Shown here: positions 9,447 through 19,557 of the stretch, piece after piece | Layout of the letters: each line of letters opens with the position of its first letter | How positions within the stretch are numbered: the stretch's first letter is position 1 | Assembly (NCBI GenBank): GCA_028286685.1 | Contig: JAQBRA010000005.1 | Span: 16,726-80,725, forward strand | DNA from: Candidatus Adlerbacteria bacterium | GTDB taxonomy: Bacteria > Patescibacteriota > Minisyncoccia > Phycocordibacterales > SBAW01 | Reading direction: 5' to 3' | Length of the DNA: 64,000 nucleotides | Translations under genes and position numbers: made by a program | Notes under the pieces: model-generated | Told to the model about the DNA's origin: nothing | Seen by the model: only the letters and a program-made list of their open reading frames with translations | Databases searched by the model: none

Positions 9447-10844
9447 CTACTGAATTTTAGATTTGAGAAACGCGGCCAGCTCGGAAACCGGCATGCGGGA
9501 CTGCTCGCCCGTGTCGCGGTCGCGGACCGTTACCGTGTCCTTCTGCTCCGGATTCTCGCCCAGGGTGTCAAAGTCTATCGTAATGCAGTACGGCGTGCCT
9601 ATCTCGTCCTGGCGGCGGTAGCGCTTGCCAATGTTGCCGTTGTCGTCCCACATGATCTGCGGAATCTCTTTCTTAAGATTAGTGTAAATCTCGCGCGCCT
9701 TCTCTACCAGCTCGGGCTTATTTTTAAGCAAAGGAAATACAGCAGCCTTGATGGGTGCCAGGTGCGGAGCAAGACGCAAGACTACGCGAGTCTCCCCGTC
9801 CATTTCGTCTTCCTGGTAGGCATCGCACAGTACCGCCAAAAATACGCGACCCATACCCATCGAGGTTTCAAGTATCCATGGGATAAACTTCTCCCCTTTC
9901 TCCTGGTCGTTATACCGAAGGTCAGAGCCCGAGAACTTTTGATGCTGGGAGAGGTCGTAATCCGTGCGGTCATGTATGCCTTCTACCTCGTCAAAGCCGG
10001 ACGGGAACTCATATTCGATATCCCACGCATCTTTTGCATAAAAGACCAGGTTCTCATGCTGCTTGAAGCGCAGCTTCTTCTCGTTGATGCCGAGCGAGAG
10101 ATACCAATTCCAACGATCCTGCTTTATGGCTTCGTATGCCTCTTTATTTTCGTTCGGCCGGATAAAGAGCTGAGTATCGGCCTGCTCGAATTCGCGCGTG
10201 CGGAAAAGGAAGTTGCGAGGGCTAATCTCGTTGCGGAACGCCTTCCCTATCTGAGCGACGCCGAACGGCATCTTGGGCTGCATAGTATCGACTATATTCT
10301 TATAGTCCAGGTAAATTCCCTGACATGCTTCGCCTGGCAGATACACAGGCTCACCGCCCTCAGACGTAAAATCGCCGAGATTGCTTTTAACCAGAAGATT
10401 GAATGCCATTGCCGGAGTAAAATCCTTTTTACCGCAGACGGGGCACTTAATCTTGTCGCGGTTCTGGTCAAAAAGTTCGTTAATCTGCTCCTCAGACATC
10501 TTCTCGTCTGCAGCAACCCCAATGTTGGCAAGCTCTTTATCAACACGGATGCGGTGCTGGCAATTGCGGCATTCGGCCAAAGGATCGGCAAATCCGCCTA
10601 CATGGCCGGATGCTTCCCATACCTTAGGATGCTTGAACATGCCGGAGTCTAAACCGTAGTAGTTCTCCTTGTCATAAACATTTGCCTTCCACCAAGACTT
10701 CTTAATATTATTTAAGAGCTCAACGCCGCGCGGGCCAAAGTCGTAAACACCGGCCAAGCCGCCATAAATTTCAGAGCCCTGATATACGAAGCCGCGCCGC
10801 TTGGCGAGCGACACGATCTTCTCCATTACGTCTTGGGCTGCCAT
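9447..10844 (-). CDS. glyQS: Glycyl-tRNA synthetase (alpha2 type)
   Basis: KRRGFVYQGSEIYGG, AQIGKAFRNEI, FRTREFEQ, GKRYRRQDEIGTP. Confidence 0.96.
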   Translation of the reverse strand: MAAQDVMEKIVSLAKRRGFVYQGSEIYGGLAGVYDFGPRGVELLNNIKKSWWKANVYDKENYYGLDSGMFKHPKVWEASGHVGGFADPLAECRNCQHRIRVDKELANIGVAADEKMSEEQINELFDQNRDKIKCPVCGKKDFTPAMAFNLLVKSNLGDFTSEGGEPVYLPGEACQGIYLDYKNIVDTMQPKMPFGVAQIGKAFRNEISPRNFLFRTREFEQADTQLFIRPNENKEAYEAIKQDRWNWYLSLGINEKKLRFKQHENLVFYAKDAWDIEYEFPSGFDEVEGIHDRTDYDLSQHQKFSGSDLRYNDQEKGEKFIPWILETSMGMGRVFLAVLCDAYQEDEMDGETRVVLRLAPHLAPIKAAVFPLLKNKPELVEKAREIYTNLKKEIPQIMWDDNGNIGKRYRRQDEIGTPYCITIDFDTLGENPEQKDTVTVRDRDTGEQSRMPVSELAAFLKSKIQ

Positions 10845-10877
10845 ACGGGCAAATATACCTTATTTTGCGGCCCCAAA

Positions 10878-12809
10878 CTACTTGGGGCTCACTACCCCGT
10901 CCTTGCCATCGGCGGTTTGGGTCGTCGGGCCCTGGGTCTGCGCCTGCACCTGGATCTGGGCAAAGCGGTCGGTGCCGGAGAGCGCTGCCGAGCCGGTCAA
11001 CGCCGGAGTCTGCCCCACTTGGCTTATCGACGGATTAAGCTCTACTTGGAAGGACGCTTCCTTGGCCGCAAGGGTGTAGCCGGTGCCAGCCTTAAGCTCG
11101 CCCAAGTCCCACCGCACCGTGCGGCTCGCAGCGTCGTAGACAACGCCTGCCTGCCCTGTTTTGTAAGTCACGTATGAAGGGAGCACTGCGGAAACGGTAG
11201 CGCCCGCTATGGCGTTGGAGGAATTTTTCGCCGTCCAGGCGACAGTGTAAGTAGTTGGAGACTCGGCGCGCGGCGGTATTGGACCCGTGTTGCTGTAGAC
11301 GCCCTGGCTAAAGTAAGACCGGGCTTCCAAAGAAAGCAGCGAGCCCAGCACAACCTCGGTCGTGTCGGCCGCCGACACAGTCTCTGATGACTGGTCCGAT
11401 CCGCGGGTGCCTTTGACGCCGAGCGTTAGGGTTACCTTGGGGTTGGTGTATATCGTGCCTCCGCTGCCGGGCGGCAAGGTAGCAAAGGAGAAATTGAGCG
11501 TGCCGGAATCGCCGGGTGCTACCTGGGCCAACGAAGGGTCCTGCGCGCTGGTCCAGGTAATGGTGTTGTCGGACGATTGGTAAAAGCCATTGGGGCTCTG
11601 TACTGATCCCGAATCGAGCACGGGGCCCGCAAGCTTGAGCGTTACCTCGATATTGGAAACCGGGTCGGTCAGGTTGTTCTTCCATGCGACGGAGCCGGAA
11701 ATATTCTGGCCCGGGTTGACCGAGATCGTGCTGCCCGTCTTGCCGTCGACCGTGAGCTCGCCGGATATAAACGGGCGGCTGACCGTAATACTGGTGGGCA
11801 CGGTCAGGAACGGCACCTTGATACGGGCAGCGGTTTGGTCCGCTTCTGAGCCAGCCAAGAAGCGGAATACGCGCTCGTCCCCGTCTTGGCCGTCGATGAC
11901 GCCCTTAACGCGCACGACGGCGGAGGCACCCGGCCGCAAGGAGCCGAGCCGCCACATAGTGGAACCCGAGTCTGCCTTGGGCGTAGCGCTCTGCACCGTA
12001 AAGCCGAACGGGTATTGCGCCTCAAGCGCAACATCGTCTACCGTTTCTGATGAATTGCTCTTGAGCGTTACCTCAAGCTCGAAGGGCTGGCCGGCGGTTA
12101 TGGTCTGGGGCGCCGCGACCGACACCGACACGGGCGAGGAGCCGAGCATGAAGGATACGTTGCCCTCGCGCACGAAGACGGCGTTAGAGCCATCTATCGA
12201 GTACTCGAGTGCCACCTTTACGTCCTGCGAGGAGCCTTCCTGGCCGTAAAAGACGGCGGACGCGGTGCGCTTGATGCTCTGCCCCGGCGCTATGGTGCCC
12301 AAGGACTGCCGCTCGGTCTGGAGCGGTTTTGTAAGATCTTTGGGGTCGCGGGTGCCCTGGGGATAGGTCAGTACCAAGTCGGCCAACGTAAGGGCTGCCG
12401 AATTGCGGTTGGTAATAATGACTTGGAGCTCTGCTTGGGAGCCCCCGTCGACTAGCGACGGCGCGATTATTTCCAGGTCGATATTGCCGCCGGAGACGAA
12501 ATTGCCGCCGCCAAAAAAGTAATAAGCGGCAGCGCCAGCAGCGATAAGGAAAAATACTAGGGACCCAAAAAAGAATTTAGTCGCAAAGGAGAATCCTTTC
12601 TTCTGCGCCCTGGGCGCGTCCATGCTGCCCCCAGTAAAACCCACACCCTCATCGGGCCTTGCCGGAGGCGCAGGCGGCGCCTCCCAGGCCACGGCCGCAT
12701 GCGCATCACTCTCGCTTAAGGGCGAGCGCACATCGGTTATAGGGCCCTGATGCTTGCGGGAGTAGAGCCGGTCCTTCAGCCCGTCTACGCCGGACTTGTC
12801 TTGGGACAT
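10878..12809 (-). CDS. Single-pass membrane protein with several Ig-like (DUF11-like) domains
   Basis: One TM helix followed by beta-rich repeats (V.W.LG.L..G); start MSQDK chosen from TATAAT 6 nt upstream. Confidence 0.8.
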   Translation of the reverse strand: MSQDKSGVDGLKDRLYSRKHQGPITDVRSPLSESDAHAAVAWEAPPAPPARPDEGVGFTGGSMDAPRAQKKGFSFATKFFFGSLVFFLIAAGAAAYYFFGGGNFVSGGNIDLEIIAPSLVDGGSQAELQVIITNRNSAALTLADLVLTYPQGTRDPKDLTKPLQTERQSLGTIAPGQSIKRTASAVFYGQEGSSQDVKVALEYSIDGSNAVFVREGNVSFMLGSSPVSVSVAAPQTITAGQPFELEVTLKSNSSETVDDVALEAQYPFGFTVQSATPKADSGSTMWRLGSLRPGASAVVRVKGVIDGQDGDERVFRFLAGSEADQTAARIKVPFLTVPTSITVSRPFISGELTVDGKTGSTISVNPGQNISGSVAWKNNLTDPVSNIEVTLKLAGPVLDSGSVQSPNGFYQSSDNTITWTSAQDPSLAQVAPGDSGTLNFSFATLPPGSGGTIYTNPKVTLTLGVKGTRGSDQSSETVSAADTTEVVLGSLLSLEARSYFSQGVYSNTGPIPPRAESPTTYTVAWTAKNSSNAIAGATVSAVLPSYVTYKTGQAGVVYDAASRTVRWDLGELKAGTGYTLAAKEASFQVELNPSISQVGQTPALTGSAALSGTDRFAQIQVQAQTQGPTTQTADGKDGVVSPK

Positions 12810-12842
12810 CCCGTAATTATACCCTGATGCGGGCACGGCGCA

Positions 12843-13421
12843 TTAAAGCCCGGTTGCAGAAAGTGATTCGTTAATAGTGCGCACCAGCAGCGCGCGGTCG
12901 CGCAGCGCCTGGGCGGACAGCTCGACCGAGTACTCCCCTTCTATAAATTGCGAAAGCGCCTGCATATGCGGCAGGTAGCCCAAGTGCGCAATGATGCGCA
13001 AGACGACGACCGACTCTATAGCGTCGGCTGCAGCCTCTTCCGGGGCACGGGCAAGCGCGGCAAAGCCTTCCATTACCGTGCGATACACCGCAGGCACCGG
13101 CTCCTCGCCGTGTATGAGCCGCAGCAATAGCTTGGAAATTTTACCGGCGCGCTGGCGCAAGCGCGGCGTAGCCGAAACAAATTCGCGCGAAGCGGACTCT
13201 ACTCCGGTCAATTTCCACTCGTATTTGCCGCGCACCATGGAGTAGCGCGCATGGGTCAGACTCTCAAGCCCGTAGCGCAGCTTTGATTTTTCAAACCGGG
13301 CCGAGCGGGCCGATACGCGCACGAGTCCCAGCTCCTCCGTCAGCAGCGAGACCAGCGTATTAGCTTCCCCTACCCCGCGCTTCCCGAGTACCAAACCTTC
13401 GGTTACGTGTATCTTATGCAT
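12843..13421 (-). CDS. recO: DNA repair protein RecO (short)
   Basis: TEGLVL..GEAN..V.LLT.ELG..A+SAR..KSKL N-terminal OB fold; LGYLP. Confidence 0.85.
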   Translation of the reverse strand: MHKIHVTEGLVLGKRGVGEANTLVSLLTEELGLVRVSARSARFEKSKLRYGLESLTHARYSMVRGKYEWKLTGVESASREFVSATPRLRQRAGKISKLLLRLIHGEEPVPAVYRTVMEGFAALARAPEEAAADAIESVVVLRIIAHLGYLPHMQALSQFIEGEYSVELSAQALRDRALLVRTINESLSATGL

Positions 13422-16400
13422 CGGTTCGGGTAATGGTAAGCGCGGAGAGTCCCGTCTCTTCCATCAGCTGTTTTTTATTGTTGTTTGCCGCAGCCTCCTC
13501 CGCTTCTGAAACTGAAAGCTCGTAGCTGGGGCGGTCGGATATGACCAGGTTCTGCGACTTGCGCCACTCCTGTATGCGGCGCACCATATCGCGTACCAGG
13601 CCCTCCTCGACCAATTCCGGCGTAAGGGCAAACTCAAGCGATATAAGAGCGTCCCCCAGCTCCGAATTGACGCGGACTTCCTTGACGTTTACCTCCTCCA
13701 TAAGCACGGCTTGCAGCTCATCGGGCAGATCTTCAGTAATATCAATCGCGCTTAAAGGCTGGCGCAGCTTTACGCCCTCTGCCTCGCGAGCCTGCAGCGC
13801 GCGGGAGGCAAATTTGCGCACCAACTCCATATCCTTAACAAGGAGTGTGTCTGCCGCCTGCGTCTCGGGCCACTCGGACAAATGCACGCTCTGCGCGCTT
13901 TCCTCTTCCCGCACGCGGCGATACAGGTCGTCGGCAAAGAACGGCATGACGGGCGCCATAACCTTGGCTGTCGTTATAAGTACGTGCCGCAAGGTAGCGA
14001 GCGCTTCCTGTTTCTCTATCCCTTCTTCCTTAAAGCGGTCGCGCGAGCGGCGCAGGTACCACGTGGAAAGGTCGTCGATAAAAGCTCCGAGTGGGCGCGT
14101 CGCATCATCAAGCTGGTACGTCTCGAACCCTTCCGTCGATTCCTGTATCAGCTGCGAGAGGCGCGATAGTATCCAGCGGTCCAGCACGTGCGCGCTATCA
14201 GCCGAAGGCGCGGCAGCGCCGGCATACAGCTCGTAAAAGCTGCGCACGTTATCAAGCCGCATCAGGAGCTTCTTCTGCACCTCCTCTACCCCGCGTTCAT
14301 TAAAGCGCAGATCCTCGCCGCGGATGACTGGGGAGGAAAGCATGTAGTAGCGCAATGAGTCGGCGCCGTACTTCTCGACGACTTCCATGGGGTCCGGATA
14401 GTTCCTGAGCTTCTTGCTCATCTTTTGCCCGTCGGAGGCAAGCACCATACCGTTAACGATGACATTCTGATAGGGAGCCTTATTAAAGAGCGCCGTGCCC
14501 AAAACGATAAGCGAGTAGAACCACCCGCGAGTCTGGTCGAGCCCCTCGGCGATAAACTGGGCAGGATAGCCCTTCGTGCCGAAGCCCAAGAGGCCCTTAG
14601 GGTTGAATGTGTCTTTTTTAAACGGGTAGTGGTTGGAAGCAAACGGCATCGAGCCCGACTCGAACCAGCAGTCAAACACGTCCGGGATGCGCTTCCACTC
14701 GCCGGCCATGCTGTTGCCCATCGGGACCTCGTCTATATATGGGCGATGCAAGTCGAGCTCATAGTCCTCGTTGTGCGGAAACGGTACGAACGACAATTCG
14801 CGCACTTCGCCTGTGCGGAACATGGCATCAGACATAAACTCACCTCGTGGCGCGCGGGCAGCCACTTGCTGGAGAGTCCAGATAGGATCTCCATGCGAGA
14901 CAAACAATATATTCTTGCCTGCGTAGCGCCGCTCTACCTCAAATATAAATTCTCCTACACGTGCACGGACGGTTTCGTCGGATGAGCCCGCTTCTCGCAA
15001 ACGCTCATCGGTCATGAGAGCCGAGTCGGGCAAACCAAGTTCTTTAAGCACTATCTTTGCGGTCTCGTGCGTGCGCAGAAACGGCGAGGCAATTATCATA
15101 TCAATCTTCTCCTTACCAAGCTCGGCCGCGGCATGCATGGCCTGATTTTTCCCCTTATCAGTAAGGCGATTTTCCGGATCTCCGCTCAAATCCTCCATAT
15201 TACGCACATTGCTTTGAGCTTCGCCGTGGCGCATGACAAAGTAGCGGTTGCCTGACCGGCGCACCATGCCCAAGAGATCGCTTATCGAACCGGCCACCTT
15301 AACCTCTTTAGTTTTCGTATTACGCCATACCGGCAGCGGCGCGCCCCAGTAGCGCGAACGCGATATCGCCCAGTCGGGCGCGCTTTCAATGCCGTTCTTG
15401 AACCGGCCCTTCCCTATATGCTCGGGCACCCAGCTTACCTTTTCGTTTTCGCTTGCGAGCTTGCCCTTAACTTTACTGACCGCGACAAACCATGAGGTGG
15501 CGGCCCAGTTGAGGAGCGGCGTGTCGCAGCGCCAGCAATGCGGATAGGAATGCTTGACCGTCTCCTGCTTAAACAGGAGTCCGTGCTCGCCCAGAAGCGC
15601 CGCGACTTTCTCATCGGTTTCGCGCGGATTGCCCTTGGGCTTTACATAGAGGCCAGCAAAGTCCGTAACCATGGCATTAAATTTGCCCTCATCGGTTACG
15701 TGGTGGATGAGCGGGATTTTTTCCTTCTGCGCCAGCTCTAGGTCCTCAGCGCCGAAGGCGGGAGCGATGTGCACGATACCGGTGCCGTTGTCGAGCGTAA
15801 CGTAGGCGGCGGCGTACACCTTCCACGCATGGGTCTTGTGCTTATGGAGCTCCTCGGCAAAATAATCAAACGGCGGCAGGTATTTCTTGCCCACCAGATC
15901 CTTTCCCTTCATCTCCCCCGCCACTTCCACATCGCCCAATACTGCCTGCGCGCGCTCCTTGGCGACTACCAAAAATTCATCTCCGACTTTTGCCTTAACG
16001 TACGTAGCATCCGCATTAACCGCAGCTGCGGCATTGCCCGGCAAGGTCCACGGCGTCGTGGTCCAGACCAAAAGCGAAGTGCCCGGCTCGTCGATGAGCG
16101 GCAGCTTTACGTATACGGAAATATCGTCGATATCCTTGTAACCCTGCGCCACTTCGAAGTTGGAAAGCGTCGTACCGCAGTGCGGGCAGTAGTGGAGCGA
16201 TTTGAAGCCCTCGTAAATGAGCCCGCGGTCAAAGAGGTTCTTAAATGACCACCACACCGATTCGGTATAGCTGGTGTCCATGGTTTTGTAGTCATGGTCC
16301 ATGTCGGCCCAGCGGCCAAGCCTGGGGATGATGCGCTTCCAGTCGGCAACATCCTTCATGATGCTCACTCGGGCGGCCTTGTTGAACTTCTCTATGCCGT

Positions 16401-16764
16401 AGGCCTCGATGTCGCGCTTGTTCTTGAGGCCCAGCTCGCGCTCGACCAAATTTTCCACAGGCAAGCCGTGGCAGTCCCAGCCCCAGCGGCGCGGCACGCG
16501 ATAGCCCCGCATGGTGCGGTAGCGCGGGATGGCGTCCTTAATAGTTGAGGCTAGAATGTGCCCGTAGTGCGGCAAGCCGTTGGCAAATGGCGGCCCATCA
16601 TAAAAGGTAAAGTCGCCTTTAGGTGCTTGCTTCTCGAGCGATTTTTGAAATATCCCCTCGCGGTTCCAAAAGGCCAGAACCTCTTCCTCGCGAGCAGCGA
16701 GCAGGCTCTTGGGCTTTTCGGCCTTGTGGTGCAGCTCTTCGCCTCCCTGCTTGGGGTCGTCCAT
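13414..16764 (-). CDS. ileS: Isoleucyl-tRNA synthetase (IleRS2 type) with inserted histidine-phosphatase domain
   Basis: DGPPFANGLPHYGH, WTTTPWT, WAISRSRYWG, FIAEGLDQTRGWF, KMSKK; internal RHGE...SHG. Confidence 0.96.
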   Translation of the reverse strand: MDDPKQGGEELHHKAEKPKSLLAAREEEVLAFWNREGIFQKSLEKQAPKGDFTFYDGPPFANGLPHYGHILASTIKDAIPRYRTMRGYRVPRRWGWDCHGLPVENLVERELGLKNKRDIEAYGIEKFNKAARVSIMKDVADWKRIIPRLGRWADMDHDYKTMDTSYTESVWWSFKNLFDRGLIYEGFKSLHYCPHCGTTLSNFEVAQGYKDIDDISVYVKLPLIDEPGTSLLVWTTTPWTLPGNAAAAVNADATYVKAKVGDEFLVVAKERAQAVLGDVEVAGEMKGKDLVGKKYLPPFDYFAEELHKHKTHAWKVYAAAYVTLDNGTGIVHIAPAFGAEDLELAQKEKIPLIHHVTDEGKFNAMVTDFAGLYVKPKGNPRETDEKVAALLGEHGLLFKQETVKHSYPHCWRCDTPLLNWAATSWFVAVSKVKGKLASENEKVSWVPEHIGKGRFKNGIESAPDWAISRSRYWGAPLPVWRNTKTKEVKVAGSISDLLGMVRRSGNRYFVMRHGEAQSNVRNMEDLSGDPENRLTDKGKNQAMHAAAELGKEKIDMIIASPFLRTHETAKIVLKELGLPDSALMTDERLREAGSSDETVRARVGEFIFEVERRYAGKNILFVSHGDPIWTLQQVAARAPRGEFMSDAMFRTGEVRELSFVPFPHNEDYELDLHRPYIDEVPMGNSMAGEWKRIPDVFDCWFESGSMPFASNHYPFKKDTFNPKGLLGFGTKGYPAQFIAEGLDQTRGWFYSLIVLGTALFNKAPYQNVIVNGMVLASDGQKMSKKLRNYPDPMEVVEKYGADSLRYYMLSSPVIRGEDLRFNERGVEEVQKKLLMRLDNVRSFYELYAGAAAPSADSAHVLDRWILSRLSQLIQESTEGFETYQLDDATRPLGAFIDDLSTWYLRRSRDRFKEEGIEKQEALATLRHVLITTAKVMAPVMPFFADDLYRRVREEESAQSVHLSEWPETQAADTLLVKDMELVRKFASRALQAREAEGVKLRQPLSAIDITEDLPDELQAVLMEEVNVKEVRVNSELGDALISLEFALTPELVEEGLVRDMVRRIQEWRKSQNLVISDRPSYELSVSEAEEAAANNNKKQLMEETGLSALTITRTDA

Positions 16765-16793
16765 GCCTTTAATATAGCCGTTTTAAGGCGAAA

Positions 16794-18425
16794 TTACATC
16801 TCCTGCGGCGCAGGAATGCCCAAGACATTTAGACCCTGAGTCATCACGTTTTCAAAAGCTTCGGTCAAAAGGACGCCGTAATGTGGATGCGGGCCGCCGA
16901 TCACCTTCTCCTGCGCGTACCAGCTATTAAAGGCCGAAGCGAGTTCAGTCAGATAAGTAGTTACGTAGTGCGGCTCCATCTCGCGCGCCGCGCGCGCTAC
17001 GGCGTCAGGGTAATGCAGTATGATGCGCTCCAGAGCGCCCATAGCCTCGGGAGCATCGCTCGTGCCGGCATCAACGCCCGCCTCCTTAGCTCCGCGCAAA
17101 AGCGACAAGGCGCGCACGCGCGCGTACTGCAAGTACGGCCCCGAATCGCCCTCCAAGGACAGCGACTTCTCCGGATCAAAAATGATATCGCGCCCGCTCC
17201 CCTGCTTTAAGACGGCGTACTTGATAGCGCCCACCGCAACCGCCTCGGCAGTCTTTTGTGCATCGGCTACATCGCGGCCCTGCATTTTCTCTTTAGACTC
17301 TTCTATCAGGTCAGACACCAGAGACTCGCCAGTAATGACATTGCCCTTGCGCGAGGACATCTTGCCGGTCGTGAGCTTGAGAAAGCCGTGGAAGCGCGCC
17401 AGCATCCGGCCTTCCAAGTCCGGAAATACGAGCTCTGCCGCCTTGCGCACCACCTTGAAGTACTCGCTTATCTCGTTGGCGGTTACCGTCAGGGAGATAT
17501 CGAAGCTGCCTTTTTCTTTCTTGGCTTCGGCAAGCCCCAGCTCTTTTGCCTCATAGGTAGGTAGGCCTTTGCTGTTTATAAACACGCGGGTATGCAGGCC
17601 GTACTGCTCGCCCTTGAATACCACCGCACCCTCGCTCATCTGAAATATCTCTGGATGCTTCTTTACAATCTCAAGCCCGACGGGACCAACCTGGCTTTCA
17701 AAAAAGTAGTAGCTAAACTTGGTGCCCAAGAGCGCGTAGAGCTTTTCAAAATGCTCGAGCGACTGCGCGCGACCTTCGTCATACAGCGCTTGTACGGCGG
17801 CATCGCTCTTTTCATAGATCGTTTTGTTGAGCGTATCCATCTCCTCCTTATGCGCCTCGTACTGGTCCGAGCCGTACACGTACGCCTCGCCCCAGGTCAT
17901 GGAAGGATTTTGCTGCTTGCCCCAAATGGCCTTGGCGACGTGCACGCCCACATCGCCCTGGTAGTTCGCGCGGGAAACGTCGGCACCCGCAGCCTCGAAA
18001 AGCCGCGCAATGCTCTCGCCTATCGTATTACTCATCAGGTGCCCGATATGGAACTCCTTGAACGGATTAGGATCGGTGTACTCGACCATCACCTTCTTGC
18101 CCTTATACAAATCGTTGGCGCCCCAGCCATCCTGCGTAGCGCTCGATACTTCCTGCCGCACCGCGACAGCAGAGAGGTAGAAGTTAACAAAGCCCGCGAC
18201 CGGCTCTATTTTTTCTATGCCCTCTATCTTGCCAATAGCCTCTGCCAAAGACTCAGCAACCTCCTTAGGGATCTTTTTTAAAAGCTTGGCAGCGGCCAGG
18301 GCCGCATTGGTGGCATAGTCGCCATGGGCCATTTCGCGCGGCCGCTCAACCACGAAAGAAGCCTCCCCCGCCCCGAGGGTAACAAGAGCCTCTTTTACTG
18401 CCTGCTCTATAGCTGTTCGCACCAT
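16794..18425 (-). CDS. argS: Arginyl-tRNA synthetase
   Basis: HGDYATN, HIGH, KMSSRKG, GDSGPYLQY, C-terminal M. Confidence 0.96.
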   Translation of the reverse strand: MVRTAIEQAVKEALVTLGAGEASFVVERPREMAHGDYATNAALAAAKLLKKIPKEVAESLAEAIGKIEGIEKIEPVAGFVNFYLSAVAVRQEVSSATQDGWGANDLYKGKKVMVEYTDPNPFKEFHIGHLMSNTIGESIARLFEAAGADVSRANYQGDVGVHVAKAIWGKQQNPSMTWGEAYVYGSDQYEAHKEEMDTLNKTIYEKSDAAVQALYDEGRAQSLEHFEKLYALLGTKFSYYFFESQVGPVGLEIVKKHPEIFQMSEGAVVFKGEQYGLHTRVFINSKGLPTYEAKELGLAEAKKEKGSFDISLTVTANEISEYFKVVRKAAELVFPDLEGRMLARFHGFLKLTTGKMSSRKGNVITGESLVSDLIEESKEKMQGRDVADAQKTAEAVAVGAIKYAVLKQGSGRDIIFDPEKSLSLEGDSGPYLQYARVRALSLLRGAKEAGVDAGTSDAPEAMGALERIILHYPDAVARAAREMEPHYVTTYLTELASAFNSWYAQEKVIGGPHPHYGVLLTEAFENVMTQGLNVLGIPAPQEM

Positions 18426-18442
18426 GTCCCAAAGAGTAGCAC

Positions 18443-19540
18443 TTAGAGCGCCTTTTGAGAAAGTGCCGGTGCGGAGGTAGCTTCAACCACCTCAAACCCT
18501 ATGCGGCCTATGAGCGAGCCGCGCTCGGTCTCCACATTGCAGCGCCAGTCGCCCGGCTGGAGGGCCGATTTGACCGAGTAGCCGCGATAGCCCCCCGCCC
18601 TGCCGCCGGATATAGGGAACGCGACACGCGCCTCAAGCTTCCACTCGCCTGCTTCCGCGTCGTACCGCTCCCACTGATGATAAATAGGAACCTCGAGATT
18701 AGTGGGCGCAAACACCGAGGAGAAGCAGAACGCGCTCTGCCCCGCGCCGAGCGTATAGGTGGAGGAAGTATTGCGCCACACCTGCCACCAGGTGCTCATC
18801 TCATAGATCGCCGTGTAATTTCCGTCTGAGCGTTTTAAGAGCGAGTGGTATATGCCAATATCCTTGAGCGAGAGGGGCACCGGCGGGATGATGTTGAGAA
18901 AATAGAGCAGGTTGAAAATGAGGAATATGGAAAGCACCAAGCTCGACACTGAGAAGAGCTTGGCCACATCCTTGCCGCGGAACACTACCATGAACAGGAC
19001 CGCCAGGAAGCCCGCCATGAGCCCCAGGCTTATGAGCCCGCTTAGAATAAATACCCAGGTGTTTATGGTGTGGGTTAAAAATACCGGCACCGCAATAACG
19101 CAGTAGGTCAGGAGCAGTATGTAGTAAACGCCTATGTTGAAGCGCAGCTGCGCGTAGCGGTTGCGCAGGAATTCGTTGCCAAAAATAAGCGCGACTAGGA
19201 GCGCCAAAAAAAGCGCGTTGACCGCGAACGTCCCGCTCTTGCCGTACAACACCAAGAGGTTGCTTGCCAGGCCGCCGAAACAGAACTGCAAAAGCAGGAG
19301 CAAGAGGAGCGGCTCAGCCGAGTGCGCCGCCTCCTTGCGACGCATTTCGCGGCGGTTGAGGATGATAATCAGAATACCCGCCATAAGCAGGTACCCCAGC
19401 AGAAGCAGATTGTTGCCGACGCTGTCGGGCCGGTCGGCAACAATGAGATCGAAGCAGAATCCGACCGCGAGCGCGCCTACCCCCAAATGATGCTCGTAGC
19501 GCTCCCACCATTTGAATATCCTGGAGTCCCTGAAGGCCAT
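18443..19540 (-). CDS. DUF2914-domain membrane protein
   Basis: Multi-TM N-terminus; C-terminal GGR.GGYRGYS.K...GDWRCNVET. Confidence 0.8.
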   Translation of the reverse strand: MAFRDSRIFKWWERYEHHLGVGALAVGFCFDLIVADRPDSVGNNLLLLGYLLMAGILIIILNRREMRRKEAAHSAEPLLLLLLLQFCFGGLASNLLVLYGKSGTFAVNALFLALLVALIFGNEFLRNRYAQLRFNIGVYYILLLTYCVIAVPVFLTHTINTWVFILSGLISLGLMAGFLAVLFMVVFRGKDVAKLFSVSSLVLSIFLIFNLLYFLNIIPPVPLSLKDIGIYHSLLKRSDGNYTAIYEMSTWWQVWRNTSSTYTLGAGQSAFCFSSVFAPTNLEVPIYHQWERYDAEAGEWKLEARVAFPISGGRAGGYRGYSVKSALQPGDWRCNVETERGSLIGRIGFEVVEATSAPALSQKAL

Positions 19541-19557
19541 AGGCCTATTGTACCCCT

